Assembly (NCBI GenBank): GCA_012295275.1
Contig: CM022679.1
Location: 6,572,001-6,636,000 of the forward strand
Reading direction: 5' to 3'
DNA from: Chrysomallon squamiferum
Taxonomy: Eukaryota; Animalia; Mollusca
Length of the DNA: 64,000 bases
Each line of letters begins with the position of its first letter. The first letter of the stretch is position 1. A program made the position numbers and the translations under genes. Shown here one piece after another: positions 1 to 12,538 of the stretch. The notes below the pieces were generated by a model. The model ran no database searches. It had not been told where the DNA came from and saw only the letters and a program-made list of their open reading frames with translations.

Positions 1-2006
1 AATTTCTTCAGAACCTGTTGATGTGTTCAGCTTGAGTTCTTGTCTGCAAATAGTAACAATTATAATAATAATAATAATAATAGTAATAAAGCAAAGGAAA
101 TACAGAACGAAGTTTAAAAAAAAATGGTTAGCATCTTTTGTTTAGCTAGGGATTTTTTATATGGACATATTCATAAGCATAAAATTACATCTGAAATTCG
201 TGATAAACTGATTGCCTAGCCTGAAATGGGAAACTAATTCAATGACTGGTTTGTGCTCTAACCCTGAGCTGCAATCTGCCCGTTACCACCAGTACCACCA
301 TCACCACCACTACTACAACTACTGCAACTCTTACTGCTAGTTATTGTTATCATAAAAACATATTAATGACATCTTTTAAAACCAGCTAATAGTTATTTAA
401 ATTTAATTTTGATGGATTAAACAAAATAATAATAATAAATGATAATAATAATAAAAAGAAAATACATGAATAAATAAAACAGAGAAAAGTAACACATACG
501 GAATAGAGTTGAATATCAAATCCATTTTTATCGGAATCCAAGTCTGTCGGCGACGACGACCCGAAGACTGACATCCTGTTACATCATCACTGACGTCCAC
601 GTTGTCGCAGACCACATTGTTACATATTCCTTCCCACGTGCGATTGAGATGTTTCATCTGACGTCGTGCTTCAGTTCGTAGTGTGTCTGTCATCAACTCC
701 GGCCTGTCACACGACTTTGCTGTAAACTGCATCGTGATTCTGTATGTCATTAAATCCAGCTGCGGAATCACTTCACCACCTAGCAAGAATCAGAATGATA
801 TCATGTTAATTTCAATCTGTCTTTCTCTCCCGCTTCTTGTTTTTTTCCTTTGTAACAGAATCAAGACTGATTATTACTATTATTATAACTAGGTTTATCT
901 TGTGTGAAATTAATTTAGGTTGTGTAATAGTATTAGCAACAGCAGTGACAGTGATCTTCAATTTGATTGTGGTTGTATATTTGTATTAGAAAATACACTT
1001 GTAACAATAGTAACAGTAGTAATTAAAGTGAAGTATCATACTTGGTAATGGAACACATTCTGCACTTCCCCGCTGAACAGTTTTCTGTCCTTGTGGACAT
1101 TTTGTACAAAAACGTGACTGAGTGTTTTTGAAATAATTCATAGAACACTGTTTGCACTGAGAGTCCAGGTAATCGAACTCTTGTCCGGCAGGACACGGAG
1201 CTGTAATAATAACAGTGCAAAAACAACAGCAATAATAATTATAGCCAGAACAGTTAGAGTAATTATAATAATTTCGTTTTAAATTAAACAGTAACATAAA
1301 AAAAGTAATAACAAATAATAGTAAATATATACCAAATAATTGTATCATTACTGAAATAATACACATTACATTATTATTTAGAAAATTACCATAAAACATT
1401 TAAAACTGAGATACCAAGACAATTACAACATATAAATATTAACTTAATTCAATCAGAGTATTTATGTGATTGTCCAGGATAAATAAGTAACTAAACCTTG
1501 CATAACTGAAAATCTGTAAAGACCTCTAATTAATTTCTTTTTTAGATCATGTTTGTTAATATTTTTAAAATGAAAATTTTAACATGAATTAAAACAGATA
1601 AATTAAAATATCAGGTAAGTGAAAACTTACGATGACAAAACTGTTGTCCTGTTGATCTGGTGGATTTGGTCAGAGTTCCAGAAGGACATGGGATACATAC
1701 AGGTTGAGATATTTTATCCTGATACGTATCCAGCGCACAGTCAATACAGGTGTATGTTAAAGAATCCACACGTGTACCAGCCTGACACTGATCTATTAAC
1801 AATTGCAACATCATTATTGTACTCAACAACAAAAACAACAACAGAAACAATAATACTAACACGATCACCATAACAACAACAAGACACTAAAATAGGGAAA
1901 TTTAAATTATACAATAATGATAATACATTATATTAATTCAATTTTCTTTTTCTTATTAATGTTTATTCTGTGTTTATGTTTATATATATTAATGTTTATA
2001 TATATT

Positions 2007-2042
<36 letters not shown>

Positions 2043-3473
2043 CCACTCATACACACACAAACAAATTGATTGGTACATGTCTGTGTTGGTTTTCTATAAA
2101 AACCAAAGATTAGTGATAACAAACTTTATATTGATATGTCATAAAAATGTTTTGCTATGACTACAAAATTTTTGATATTAAAAAGCTTACGGTCGGAGAC
2201 TGAGAAATAAATACCTTTACTAAACTGAAGTACTTGGTTCAGCTTGGTCAGCAGTGGGAAGTTACCCTCATTACAGAACTGTCCACTGAAGTCATCCTGA
2301 GAAATTTCAAACAACATAGCACCACCTAGATTATTGTCCTTAATGTAATTAGCCTATAAAGAAAATAATAAACATATTTATTAATATACTGTTTGTATGA
2401 GGTTGACTTAACTGAAATTCATAGGACACGAAATGTCTAAAAATATGTTATACTATATCATTCATTGTGACTGTTATTAAAACAAGATGATTTTTTGTGA
2501 AATGTTGGATATGTTTAGAAAATATTTATTACCTTTATTTCAATACTTTTCTGTGTCTCATATCCAACCCATTGCGCAGAGTCCCAGGCAAAAGAAGCAT
2601 TTTGTTCTTGTTGCCATCCGAACTGAAACTGGTATATTGGTTTCGATGTGCTGTCACTGCAAACCTGGATGAATATAAGTAATTTTAACTTGTATCTTAC
2701 TCCTTTTTTTTCTGATTCTTTCTCGTTTTACCACTCTCTCTCTCAAATCTATTTTATTCGATTCACATTGGTTCTGACCCATTTTAATAACTGAAATCAT
2801 CAAAAGCTCTTAGTCACAGTTTTTATCAAATTTCTTGGAAACCTTTTGAATGATGAAGCTATGGATGAAATATTCTTTCAATCAGTAGAAAGATGAGAGA
2901 GTTGTGTTTTAGGTGATGGAGTTGACATATTTTAGTTAAGGAAGAAACCCTCTCTCTCTTTCTCTTTTTTCTGTCTTTGTCTCTCTCTCTCTACATTATC
3001 TTTTTGCCACTCTAGTTTTCTCTCTCTTTCTTTCACATACTTACTTTATAGTATGGCAAATCATACGATGTTGTGAATTGATCTCCTATTTTATAAAGTG
3101 TTTGACTCTGAAGCTGAAAAGCTTTCCCATGGAATGGTATTCCAAGAACAATTTTCTCAGCAGGCATCCCTTTAGACATCCAATATCTCACCGCATAGTC
3201 CTGTTGCAACAGAAACAATATTGTTTACTTTTTAATGTTTGAAAAATATTTATTTTTTATATGTAATATAATTTATATTGTTTGTTTGTTGTTTTGTTTT
3301 TTTAAATAAAGTGGGAAAAAGAGAGAGAGAGAGAGATAAAGAAAAGAATAAAAAAGAAAAGAAATAAAAAGAAAATAAACTAATACATCAGAATATGAAT
3401 GTTAACAGTAAATAAAAATATAAGAATATGAAACAGATACATATATGCATCTTACAAGTGTACATAATTTACT

Positions 3474-3540
<67 letters not shown>

Positions 3541-6500
3541 TCTATCTAGAAAATGTACTTTCTTACAGCATTTGTATAACTTTGTGGAGGTTGCTGATCA
3601 GATCTGGGATACAGAGGGCTGGGATGGTCAATTGCACTGCTAAAGTTACCCTGGTAATCATAAGCCATTATGTTCACAAAGTCAAAATCCCTTAAAACCA
3701 AAGGAAAAAAATAAACAATAATTTATTAACAAGAACAGTAACAACAAAAACAACAACAATAATAAAAATGTTAATAATAAAGACGATAAAATAATAACAA
3801 CAACAATGACAAAAATATGTATGGATGAATTAAGAAATGAATTAAGAAAAAGAAGGACAGAGATATAATTTGATAAAAACTGAGTTAATTGACAAGTAGT
3901 ATGTATATAACATAATGTATTAATTAGCAATAATGTAAAAACAACAATAATATTTTGGTTTTTGTCTTCTTAAATAGTACATGATGTTAATTCCTTTCTT
4001 CTTATTTGCTAAAACTAAAGTATTCAGAATATTACAAGCTTTTATATAGTTTTAAAAAACTTACCTTGCCAGGTTATTTACTTCATAAGAATTATCTATC
4101 GTCTGCTTGTTGCCTGAAACTGAGGCTGAAAGAATCAGTTTACTTTTGGTTGTCTGATTAGCATCTTCTGTATCAAACTTCTGACGAAGTCGCTGTAAGT
4201 TTCATCAGAACATTATGTATTTGAAACATTAGCAATGAAATAATATTTTTATTTGTACACGTTTTTTGGTTTTGGATGCATCTGCATGACATACTCAAAA
4301 CAATATAAATGCAAAGCAAGTAAGTAAGTAAATAAATAAGTAAAAGTTAATATTTTTATAACAAAATTTAAAACAATTGAATGAATGCTTGTTGACCTCA
4401 TATCATTTTAGTATTATCTAACAGTTATTATATATCACTCACATACCTGTTATTATGAAAACCACTATATACTTTATAAATTAATTAATAAAAAGACAAT
4501 CCAATTTTGTAAGAAAGATGTTTGATAGAAGAAAGCCCTATCCAATGTTAATGGATTCTTTTATCTGTTTGAAGAAAAATTTATTTTATACAGACCTTAC
4601 CATTTTCACAACAATAATAATAATAACAATAAAAAAACACTCACTCACACACACACACACACACACAAAAAAAAAATAACGGAATGGGCCACACCAAGGA
4701 AAATAGCTTCTGATGGGTTTCACCTCTGAAGTAAGTAGTTTTATATTATTTGATTTAATACAAAGCATTACAACAACACTTGAGTACAATATAATAATAA
4801 ATAACATAATGGAAAGGATTAGGCTTTGATATGTCTATTTGAAAGTGTATTTGAGTTTTTAATCTATTTTTCAATCATTCCAAGTTTAGCTTTGTTGATT
4901 GGAAAGCTACCTTTGCTTATCATTTTTAATTAAGAAAAAAATTACATATATATATAAAAAAAAATAATAATAAAAATTAACGATAAACTATGACCAGTTA
5001 TGTCGAATGGGTAAATGTCACATTCATGTTGATGATATTTAGCAAAAACAAAGCCTGTTTTTCAATTGGATAATAAAATAACATATCGTTCCTTATTTTG
5101 AGCTGCCTGATGCCTGTCAGAAATTTTTCTAGCACTTATATAAATAAATTTTAAACATTATATTCACAGAAATGTACTAATTACCATTAGAATTCAAAAA
5201 CCTACAAACTTACTGAAACTAAAATTGTGTATCGCTGATTGTCAGTAGAAATTCCACCGTTTTCGCCAGGAAACTGCCAATCAATGTTCAGTCCGTCGAA
5301 GTTGCGGTCAAGGAGGTATTTGATGACGTTGTCACAGAAAGCATTTATTCGTGTGTCGGTGCTAACAACAGCAGAGAAAGCAGCTGATGTTTGATTCCAG
5401 CCTCCAACTGCCAAGAGAACTTTTAGTCCTGATGTCGAGAGTTTTAAATCTGTCACTTTTTTATAATTACCTGAAAAGTTAGTTCACTCTATTGACAAAA
5501 GGAGTTTTAAATTTTACTTTTCTTTTTTTTCTTTATCTTTTTTTTTTTTTTGAATACATGTATATATGTATTAAAAGGCTTAGAGTACTGAAACCAGGTT
5601 TCATTCTAGATTTAGTTTCTTGATTTCTTGACAGTCTATTTGAACTTTATTTTTTATGTATATTTTATTATTTAACAATAAATTGGAGTACCCAAACAAT
5701 GATTTAAGTGAATCCAACATAGGAAAATGCACTGATTAATATTAGAGACATTGTCAATAACAGATTTCAATGGCAGTTGTTGTTTGGAATTTATTTTTCA
5801 GTTAAGGCTTTTTGAATGGTCTAGTGTTAGTAAAAATGCCTTTAGTAGAATTCTAAATAACAAAAAACACAAGAGAAAATAAAGTGATGAAAGGTCGCTA
5901 ATAATCATAAATCTGTCAGTAATAGTTTTCAACGATGGTTTTAAAAATGGCTTTATAAATAGTGGATTTAAAGGTGGTATTAGTAATATTATTCCTGGAA
6001 AATCTCTGATCAAAATAATATCATTTCTGGAAATCTTTAATAACAAAGTAGAATGCAAAGTAGAATATGCGTTTCACACTTCACCCTTAAATTTGCTCTT
6101 ATAATGTTAACTGGCGGCACGTCCTAAAATATCAAACAAAATGTTATGAAATGAATTTATTAGTCTTCTTTTGAAAATCAACTCCTGATTGCAGTGGGTT
6201 GGTTTCTTGTTAAAAAAAAAAAAATGCTTATACATAATTTTCAAATCCAAAGGTGATATTTATTTATAACTGTTATCACAGAAACCATCAACACCGGCAT
6301 CACCTCTATTGTTGTTGTTGTTGTTGTTATTATTATTATTATTATAGAGCGGAGCTCTGTGCTTATGATTTCTACCAATATAAAACAGGAAATAAGTCTC
6401 AAGTATATAAAAAGTGTTTTCATAAGATGGTTATCTTTAAATCTTATCAGTTACATAAATCATATATGACTTATATAATATAAAATTGTTTTTACAGTTT

Positions 6501-6834
6501 TTAGGTTACAGTTATTATTATTACTCTATATTACTTTGTATTATTATTATTGTTGTCATAATCATCATCATCATTAATGTAAATCGAACTGTCTAATTTC
6601 GTATTTGAATCATAAGAAAATGTTTACCATTTAAACCGTCGTCGTTGGTTTCTGTAGTTCCAAGCGAATTGGTGTCAGGAAGGATTTTGGCGAACGCATA
6701 CACAATGTGAGTACACAGGGATGGGTTGATGTTCTCAGGATTAAACTGCATGATCGCGCAGGGCGGTACTGAGCCCAGTTGGGATAGTAACAAACACGTT
6801 TATAGTCTCCGTTGACTAAATAAATAAAATTATA

Positions 6835-6867
<33 letters not shown>

Positions 6868-7137
6868 TTACTTATTGAAAAAAAAAATAATAAATAATAA
6901 ATTTTTAAAATTTAAACAAAATATATATAAATTTTTAAAGTTAAAATTATAAATAAAATATATTATTATAAATAAATTAAAATAAATAATGATTAATTAT
7001 TGAAAATATATTTTTTCAATTATTTAAATTAAAAACAAAAATATATATAAATCTGAATTAAAAAAGAAAATGAAAGTAAATTGATAAATAATTAAACAAA
7101 GAAATAAATTAATGTTATAAAATTTAGTAAAGAAGAC

Positions 7138-7173
<36 letters not shown>

Positions 7174-7551
7174 GTAACAATTGTAATAATAATAATTTAA
7201 AAAATAAAAAAAAATACAAATAATGTTACTTTAATATAATTACATCACTCAAATAGAGAAGACTTACCAATATTTTATCTACAAACACAAAACATTCCTT
7301 ACGTTTTTTTCATTAATGTAACTCTGCATTTTCAGATATTATAGATTCATTCATACAAGCATACAGACATAGTCACACACATACACATTATCTTCCTACC
7401 CATTTGTTGCATACTTCACACATGCTTAACACCATACACACACAAACAAAAACGACATACACGTATAAAAAGTAGTAAATGTATTCTTACCAAATCCAAA
7501 GAAGAGCAGCAAGAGTGCAGTGCCCACAAATCGACAACAAAAGGAAATCAT
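1..7551 (-). CDS. Gene 1: GH18 chitinase-like (predicted non-catalytic) protein fused to two Ephrin_rec_like repeats and a furin-site domain; runs off the left edge; one frameshift as assembled
   Basis: Coding exons with GT-AG ends and compatible phases: 7491-7551, 6628-6815, 5214-5470, 4065-4192, 3567-3690, 3045-3200, 2533-2664, 2215-2353, 1631-1792, 1042-1200, 500-779, <1-43. GH18 motifs present: KRVCYYPNWAQYR, LCTHIVYAFA, KVLLAVGGW, FDGLNIDWQFPG, DFVNIMAYDY, KIVLGIPF, WVGYE, LGGAM. Confidence 0.9.
500..779 (-). CDS. Gene 1 exon: Cys-containing domain with RRRR furin-type site
   Basis: ctag acceptor and CC|gtatgt donor; encodes ...LNRTWEGICNNVVCDNVDVSDDVTGCQSSGRRRRQT... Confidence 0.85.
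1042..1792 (-). CDS. Gene 1 Ephrin_rec_like (GCC2/GCC3) repeat exons 1631-1792 and 1042-1200
   Basis: CQAGTRVDSLTYTCIDCALDTYQDKISQPVCIPCPSGTLT and CPAGQEFDYLDSQCKQCSMNYFKNTQSRFCTKCPQGQKT; both are symmetric phase 1-1 exons. Confidence 0.88.
2008..2040. repeat. (CA)n microsatellite
   Basis: Seen directly in the sequence. Confidence 0.95.
2215..6815 (-). CDS. Gene 1 GH18 TIM-barrel domain (7 exons)
   Basis: ORF-track fragments at 6593-6793, 5202-5456, 3033-3218 and 2126-2317, plus hand-found exons 4065-4192, 3567-3690 and 2533-2664, splice into a complete GH18 domain. Confidence 0.92.
3475..3534. repeat. (CT)n microsatellite
   Basis: Seen directly in the sequence. Confidence 0.95.
7491..7551 (-). 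CDS. Gene 1 first coding exon, signal peptide MISFCCRFVGTALLLLFFGF
   Basis: ATG at 7551 just downstream of a tttcag acceptor. Hydrophobic stretch ending in G|gtaag (phase 1), which joins in frame to VNGDYKRVCYY. Confidence 0.8.
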
Positions 7552-7827
7552 GTTTCAAAGTAGTGCCTGAAATTGAAAAAAAAAAAAGGGTTTTATAAAT
7601 GTACATTTTAATAACATCTAAATGCAGGCTTGTTTTTATTATGTTTTTGTAAGTTAGTACTGCTATAAATTATTATCACTGTTGCCTGCTGCTGTTGTTG
7701 TTGATGTTGTTGTAGAATTGGTGGTAAATTATTATTAGTGAATCCATCTTATCTCATATTTCAAAATATTTTGACATCAACTTTTAAAAAAATACGACCA
7801 AACCACTCACTCTAACCAAAGCCAGCT

Positions 7828-7836
7828 ATATATCTA

Positions 7837-7875
<39 letters not shown>

Positions 7876-7888
7876 ATATATATATCTA
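7828..7888. repeat. (TATC)n/(TA)n microsatellite
   Basis: Seen directly in the sequence. Confidence 0.9.
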
Positions 7889-8355
7889 TTTATTTTCTTC
7901 TTTTTTATAAGCTTTGACATGATCCTGTGCAAGAATACAATCCTAGCAAATACTAATCTATAGGACATGAAGATGATAAAACAAAATTTATAGTATACTT
8001 TTACAGATACCTTTTTGTTCTCTGGATGTATACATTCTTCACTGTCTACCATACGCAGTATTATGTAACTGAACTTGAAATGTGATAACATGTAAGATTG
8101 TGAATAAATGTAGAAGTTAGAAGATTAGGATCTCCAGTTGCAGTGATGAGTCAGAATGTAGATTTAAGTCGTTCTCAGTCAGGTCAGTTATAGGAGTTAC
8201 TAGTTTTAAAAGTATTGAAAACAAAAGCAGAATTCAATATATTCTAATTTACGCATTAGGAAAGTGTGATGTTCCAATATTTTGTGAGGCTTTTCTATCG
8301 TTACTAATGTGTTAGCTTAAATTTGATTACTATATTTTATACTGGTGGCTTAGAT

Positions 8356-8500
8356 CAGGCCTGGGCAACATTTTTCGAGAAGCGGGCAACATGAGACATG
8401 GCTCATCCTCAGTCGGGCTGCAGGTACTAATTTAAGTGTAAATGGAACAATATGGTGGACCACTCAGAAAGCCGCGGGGACCACAGTATGCCCGAGATTG
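8356..8500. mobile_element. hAT-type MITE remnant
   Basis: 5' end CAGGCCTGGGCAAC and degenerate 3' end GTATGCCCGAGATTG; 8-bp TSD gcttagat/gtttagat (7 of 8 match). Confidence 0.65.
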
Positions 8501-9388
8501 GTTTAGATCTTAAAGCACCACTGAAATAACTGTTTTCATTTAAAAAAATAAACAATACATTGTTCTTATATTGTTGTTACATTGTTGTTGAAAAGGAAAT
8601 CAACACATGAATCTCTCTCTTGAGATCATTGAGTTGATTAAACAGTCAATTTCATTTAGCTTTTAGTTTTTTTTTTTTTTTTTAATATTTAGGTTTGCAC
8701 CATAAATGAAATAACATGGTACTCTCTTAATATGTCAGTTTTATTCAGCTCAGGTTAATGTCGCAAATCTAACCTTTGAATGATTAAACAATATCGAGTT
8801 ATATATTTGTGCATGTTAAATATTACATCTAACATTGTATGGTGTAACACACACAGACTGCACTCGGTCAGTCAATATTTGTCATCTGATTTGTGTTTTA
8901 AATGAACACGAATGTAAAGCTAGAATCTTTAATATATGTGAAAATAAACTGGAATAGCTTTAAGAATGAAGCCTTACAGCAATAAAGCTATGAATGCTTT
9001 ATTTCCCATTCTGCCATGTGTGTGTTATTAAATTCTGTGGTATGTACTTCCCTGTCTGTAAGAAAGCACACAAAATACTGTTGCAGCTAATCATTACGAG
9101 TAGGTCAGCAGTGCATTTCTTCTCTGATATAATCAGATTTAAAAAAGTAAACATCTGTTCTTGTCTTAAAATTAGCATGTATTTATTTCAGGATGTTATT
9201 TAGTTATAGGAAATAATGTACGTTACTCTTCTGAATCGAGCTTAAGGCAGTAAATATACTGTGTAGAGTACAACATACATACATACATGATATTCTGCAG
9301 GATCATTTCACTGTGTGATAAATTTTTATCTGTTTAATAACATAGCATTAGAAAGAAAGGAAGACAAAAATCATAACTTCAAACTTAC

Positions 9389-9475
9389 CTTCGAAATAAA
9401 CAGATAATCCAAATATGTATTATGTCTGGAAGTTTTCAGCTGATCAGAATATAAAAATGCACACAAACATACTGA
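9389..9475 (-). other. Candidate non-coding first exon (5' UTR) of gene 1
   Basis: Strong AAG|gtaagt donor at about 9388 and a TCAGT initiator-like motif at 9471-9475. The ATG exon has its own upstream acceptor, so an upstream exon is required. Confidence 0.35.
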
Positions 9476-9853
9476 ACACAGACATGTTGTCTGCCCGGTA
9501 AGGTGACTATAGAAAATACACTGTTATTAATAAATGAAATAGGATACACTCTCGCCACGGACTACTGGGTTGGTATAAGTCTTCTCTTTTCATCCCTTTG
9601 TGCAGAACATCTGTGGGTGAAGAGCTGTTCATTGTATTAGGTTTGGTTTTATGTCACTTTACCTTCCTGGTCTTCCCATGTTTACGTATAAACTCATGAA
9701 TATATAGCATCTCACAGTATCCAGTGGAAAGCTCTTTAACAGTAATTTTAGTGGTATGTTAAAGATGTAAAATTTTCTATTTTGTATCTGTGTTGAATTG
9801 GAAATGACTTTAATTATTTTCTTAAATAAAACTACTATCATAATATTATGTAT

Positions 9854-9892
<39 letters not shown>

Positions 9893-12416
9893 CAAATTGA
9901 TTTGATTTTTATTACAAAATAATTCTCAACACTATTTAAGTATCAAAAAACCCCATTACTACCAGTTTTATTTGTATCAGTTATTTTCATTATTGTTCTT
10001 TTACTTTTCTTTTTATGAAAAATAAACCAGGATCAAATACAGGGTTTCAGAAAATAAAATTACATGCACATGATGCAGCTCCAACTGGACTGAAATAAAT
10101 GAGTAAAAAAGAATGTGTGTGTGTGTGTGTTTTGACAAACAGTAATAACAAGTTGAATTAGCAGGTTTTGTTTCATATATAATAAATAAATAAACAAATA
10201 AACAATATAACAACATACTTATATAATTCATAAACATGCTATGGAATTGTATGTGTTTGCTTATGTATATCAACACTAAAACACGTATTATTAACACTAA
10301 AATGTCTAAAAAATTAAAACATTACTGGGCGCTTTTTCTTACTACTACACCTATAATTATTATTGTTATGTGATTTAATAGTTTTTATATCACTTATAAA
10401 TATGCTTAAATGAAATAAAATTAAATAGAAATTAAATAGAAAAAAAAAAAAAAAAAAACAGAGAAAAAGAAAAAGGATGATCGAAGAAAAAGGAACGTAA
10501 AAGGAATTTCTTACTGTTGTGATAGAAACAGCAAAAAGAAATAAAACATACAGCTTCCTGGCGTACATTTCCACTTCTAGCACGATTTCTAAGTGTTATA
10601 CAAAGTCATTTGAAGATTTTAAACCTCAAAATATTCTTCTGTCGTAACTTTTAAAGTTAAATAACAAATTTTTGATAGATACTTTTCAAGTTGCCCTGCT
10701 TGTTTCGACCAGTTACAGAGGTGTTCCCACCTAATGAGGAGCAGACGAAATAATTTTACCTCTATAACTGGTCCACTCAGTAATCTTTTTATCATATCAA
10801 TAGAATCTTTAAAGTGCCTTATTGATTAAAACTTCCATTGTTGAAGATCCTGAAGAAAAGACCTAACTATCTTCCATATAAAATTATATGTGTATACCAT
10901 GTCCTTTCATTCAAGTTATAAACATAATGATATTCATTGTAAATGATATTCTGTCCATTATTTCATTACAATGTTCTTCTTTTTTTCTTCACTTCCCCCC
11001 CTCCATTTAATGTATTTTAATAAGACGCGAAGCTTTAAACACAGAATTAAAATTTATACAGAACTAATTTCTGAATATCACATCTTTTGTTGTTAAGTTT
11101 TTGTGCTTAATATTAAATTATAATATTCAGGTAACAAGTAGTAATGAACACGTATGAATAATATTATTATAACAATACATTAAAAAACTGTATATTAAAC
11201 TTTTTTCAGATTATTAAGTTTTAATCATGGAACTATTTACAACATTGAAGAATTGGGCAATTTATATAATATCTGACATTTTTACTGTCTTAACAAATCA
11301 CACAACAATAATGTGCATTTAATTATTTAAATATACATAGTAGTGCCAAAATTGTGCCTCAGAAAGTTTTCATTGTTTGCTAATGTTCATTTAAAAATTT
11401 AATTTATAAGATTATGAAGTATATATCATTTTAAAATAAATTACTTGTTACAAAATTGCTGTAGTCAGTTCATTGATAAAATTATTTTCATAATAAAAAA
11501 TGTATCAAAATTTGTACATTTAATTGTTCTTAATACTGAGTAAATTATCTATAAGAACAAGAAGAAAATTATTACATAAACTAAATTAAAAGACAAACAA
11601 TAATAAAATGTTACAAAAATAAGTTTTATTCAATATAATTGTGAATAATATCAGTTCTGTATGGTTTTTAAACAATACACATGACTGTTTAATGTGTTAA
11701 AATAAAATCACATGGTTTTCAAATCATTCATATATTCTTTAAACAACATTGTTATAGAAAACAGACTTATAAAGTATTCAATTTGCATGTTAATTGAAAG
11801 TAAATACTATCTTCCAAAAAGATAAAAATTGTTATTTGAAATATATAGCAGATATCTGGAGAAAAAGTAACATTTAAAAAACAAATTATAAGAAGTCTGT
11901 GAGCAGAAATTGGTATTAGAAATAATTAAAGAGAAAGGACACACACACACTGATATATATATATATATAAGTAGACTTACACATCCATACACATACACAA
12001 CAAAACTACCAATACAACAAAAATAAAAATACTTGAAAAATACCCATATATTTAATTCATTATCTCTGCATTTATTGTCACTGTGATTGAAATTTGTGTG
12101 TGAAATAATAATAATAAAAATAAAAAATGAAACATTTAATTTTATATAACTCCATACCATTTAAACTATAAAATGTTAAATCCCAAATTGAACTTAATTC
12201 ATACCTGATTTTAAAAATTAATTAATTAATGTAATCACATTTTGAATAAAATGCAGAGATAGTTTTTTTGATGATATAGATATAATATACAATTATAACT
12301 AACTTGGATTATACACAAATGCTTATATACAGTTAATAGTTTTGATTACATGCACAAAATATATTTATAATCTCTCTTATATATATATATATATATATTT
12401 CATCTTCTTATGCTTT

Positions 12417-12498
12417 CTAAATGGCTGGATCATCATCTGCAAAAATAAAATAATTTAATATGTAAAGAAAAAAGATTATCATCTTTATTTCATTAAAT

Positions 12499-12538
<40 letters not shown>

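Noticed and set aside
2487-2682. Plus-strand ORFs suggesting a second inverted exon
   Set aside because: The minus strand here holds the normal GH18 exon 2533-2664 (VCSDS...WVGYETQKSIEIK).
10725-10755. ctaatgaggagcagacgaaa, resembling a hammerhead ribozyme core
   Set aside because: The CUGAUGA box is mutated and flanking stems could not be formed.
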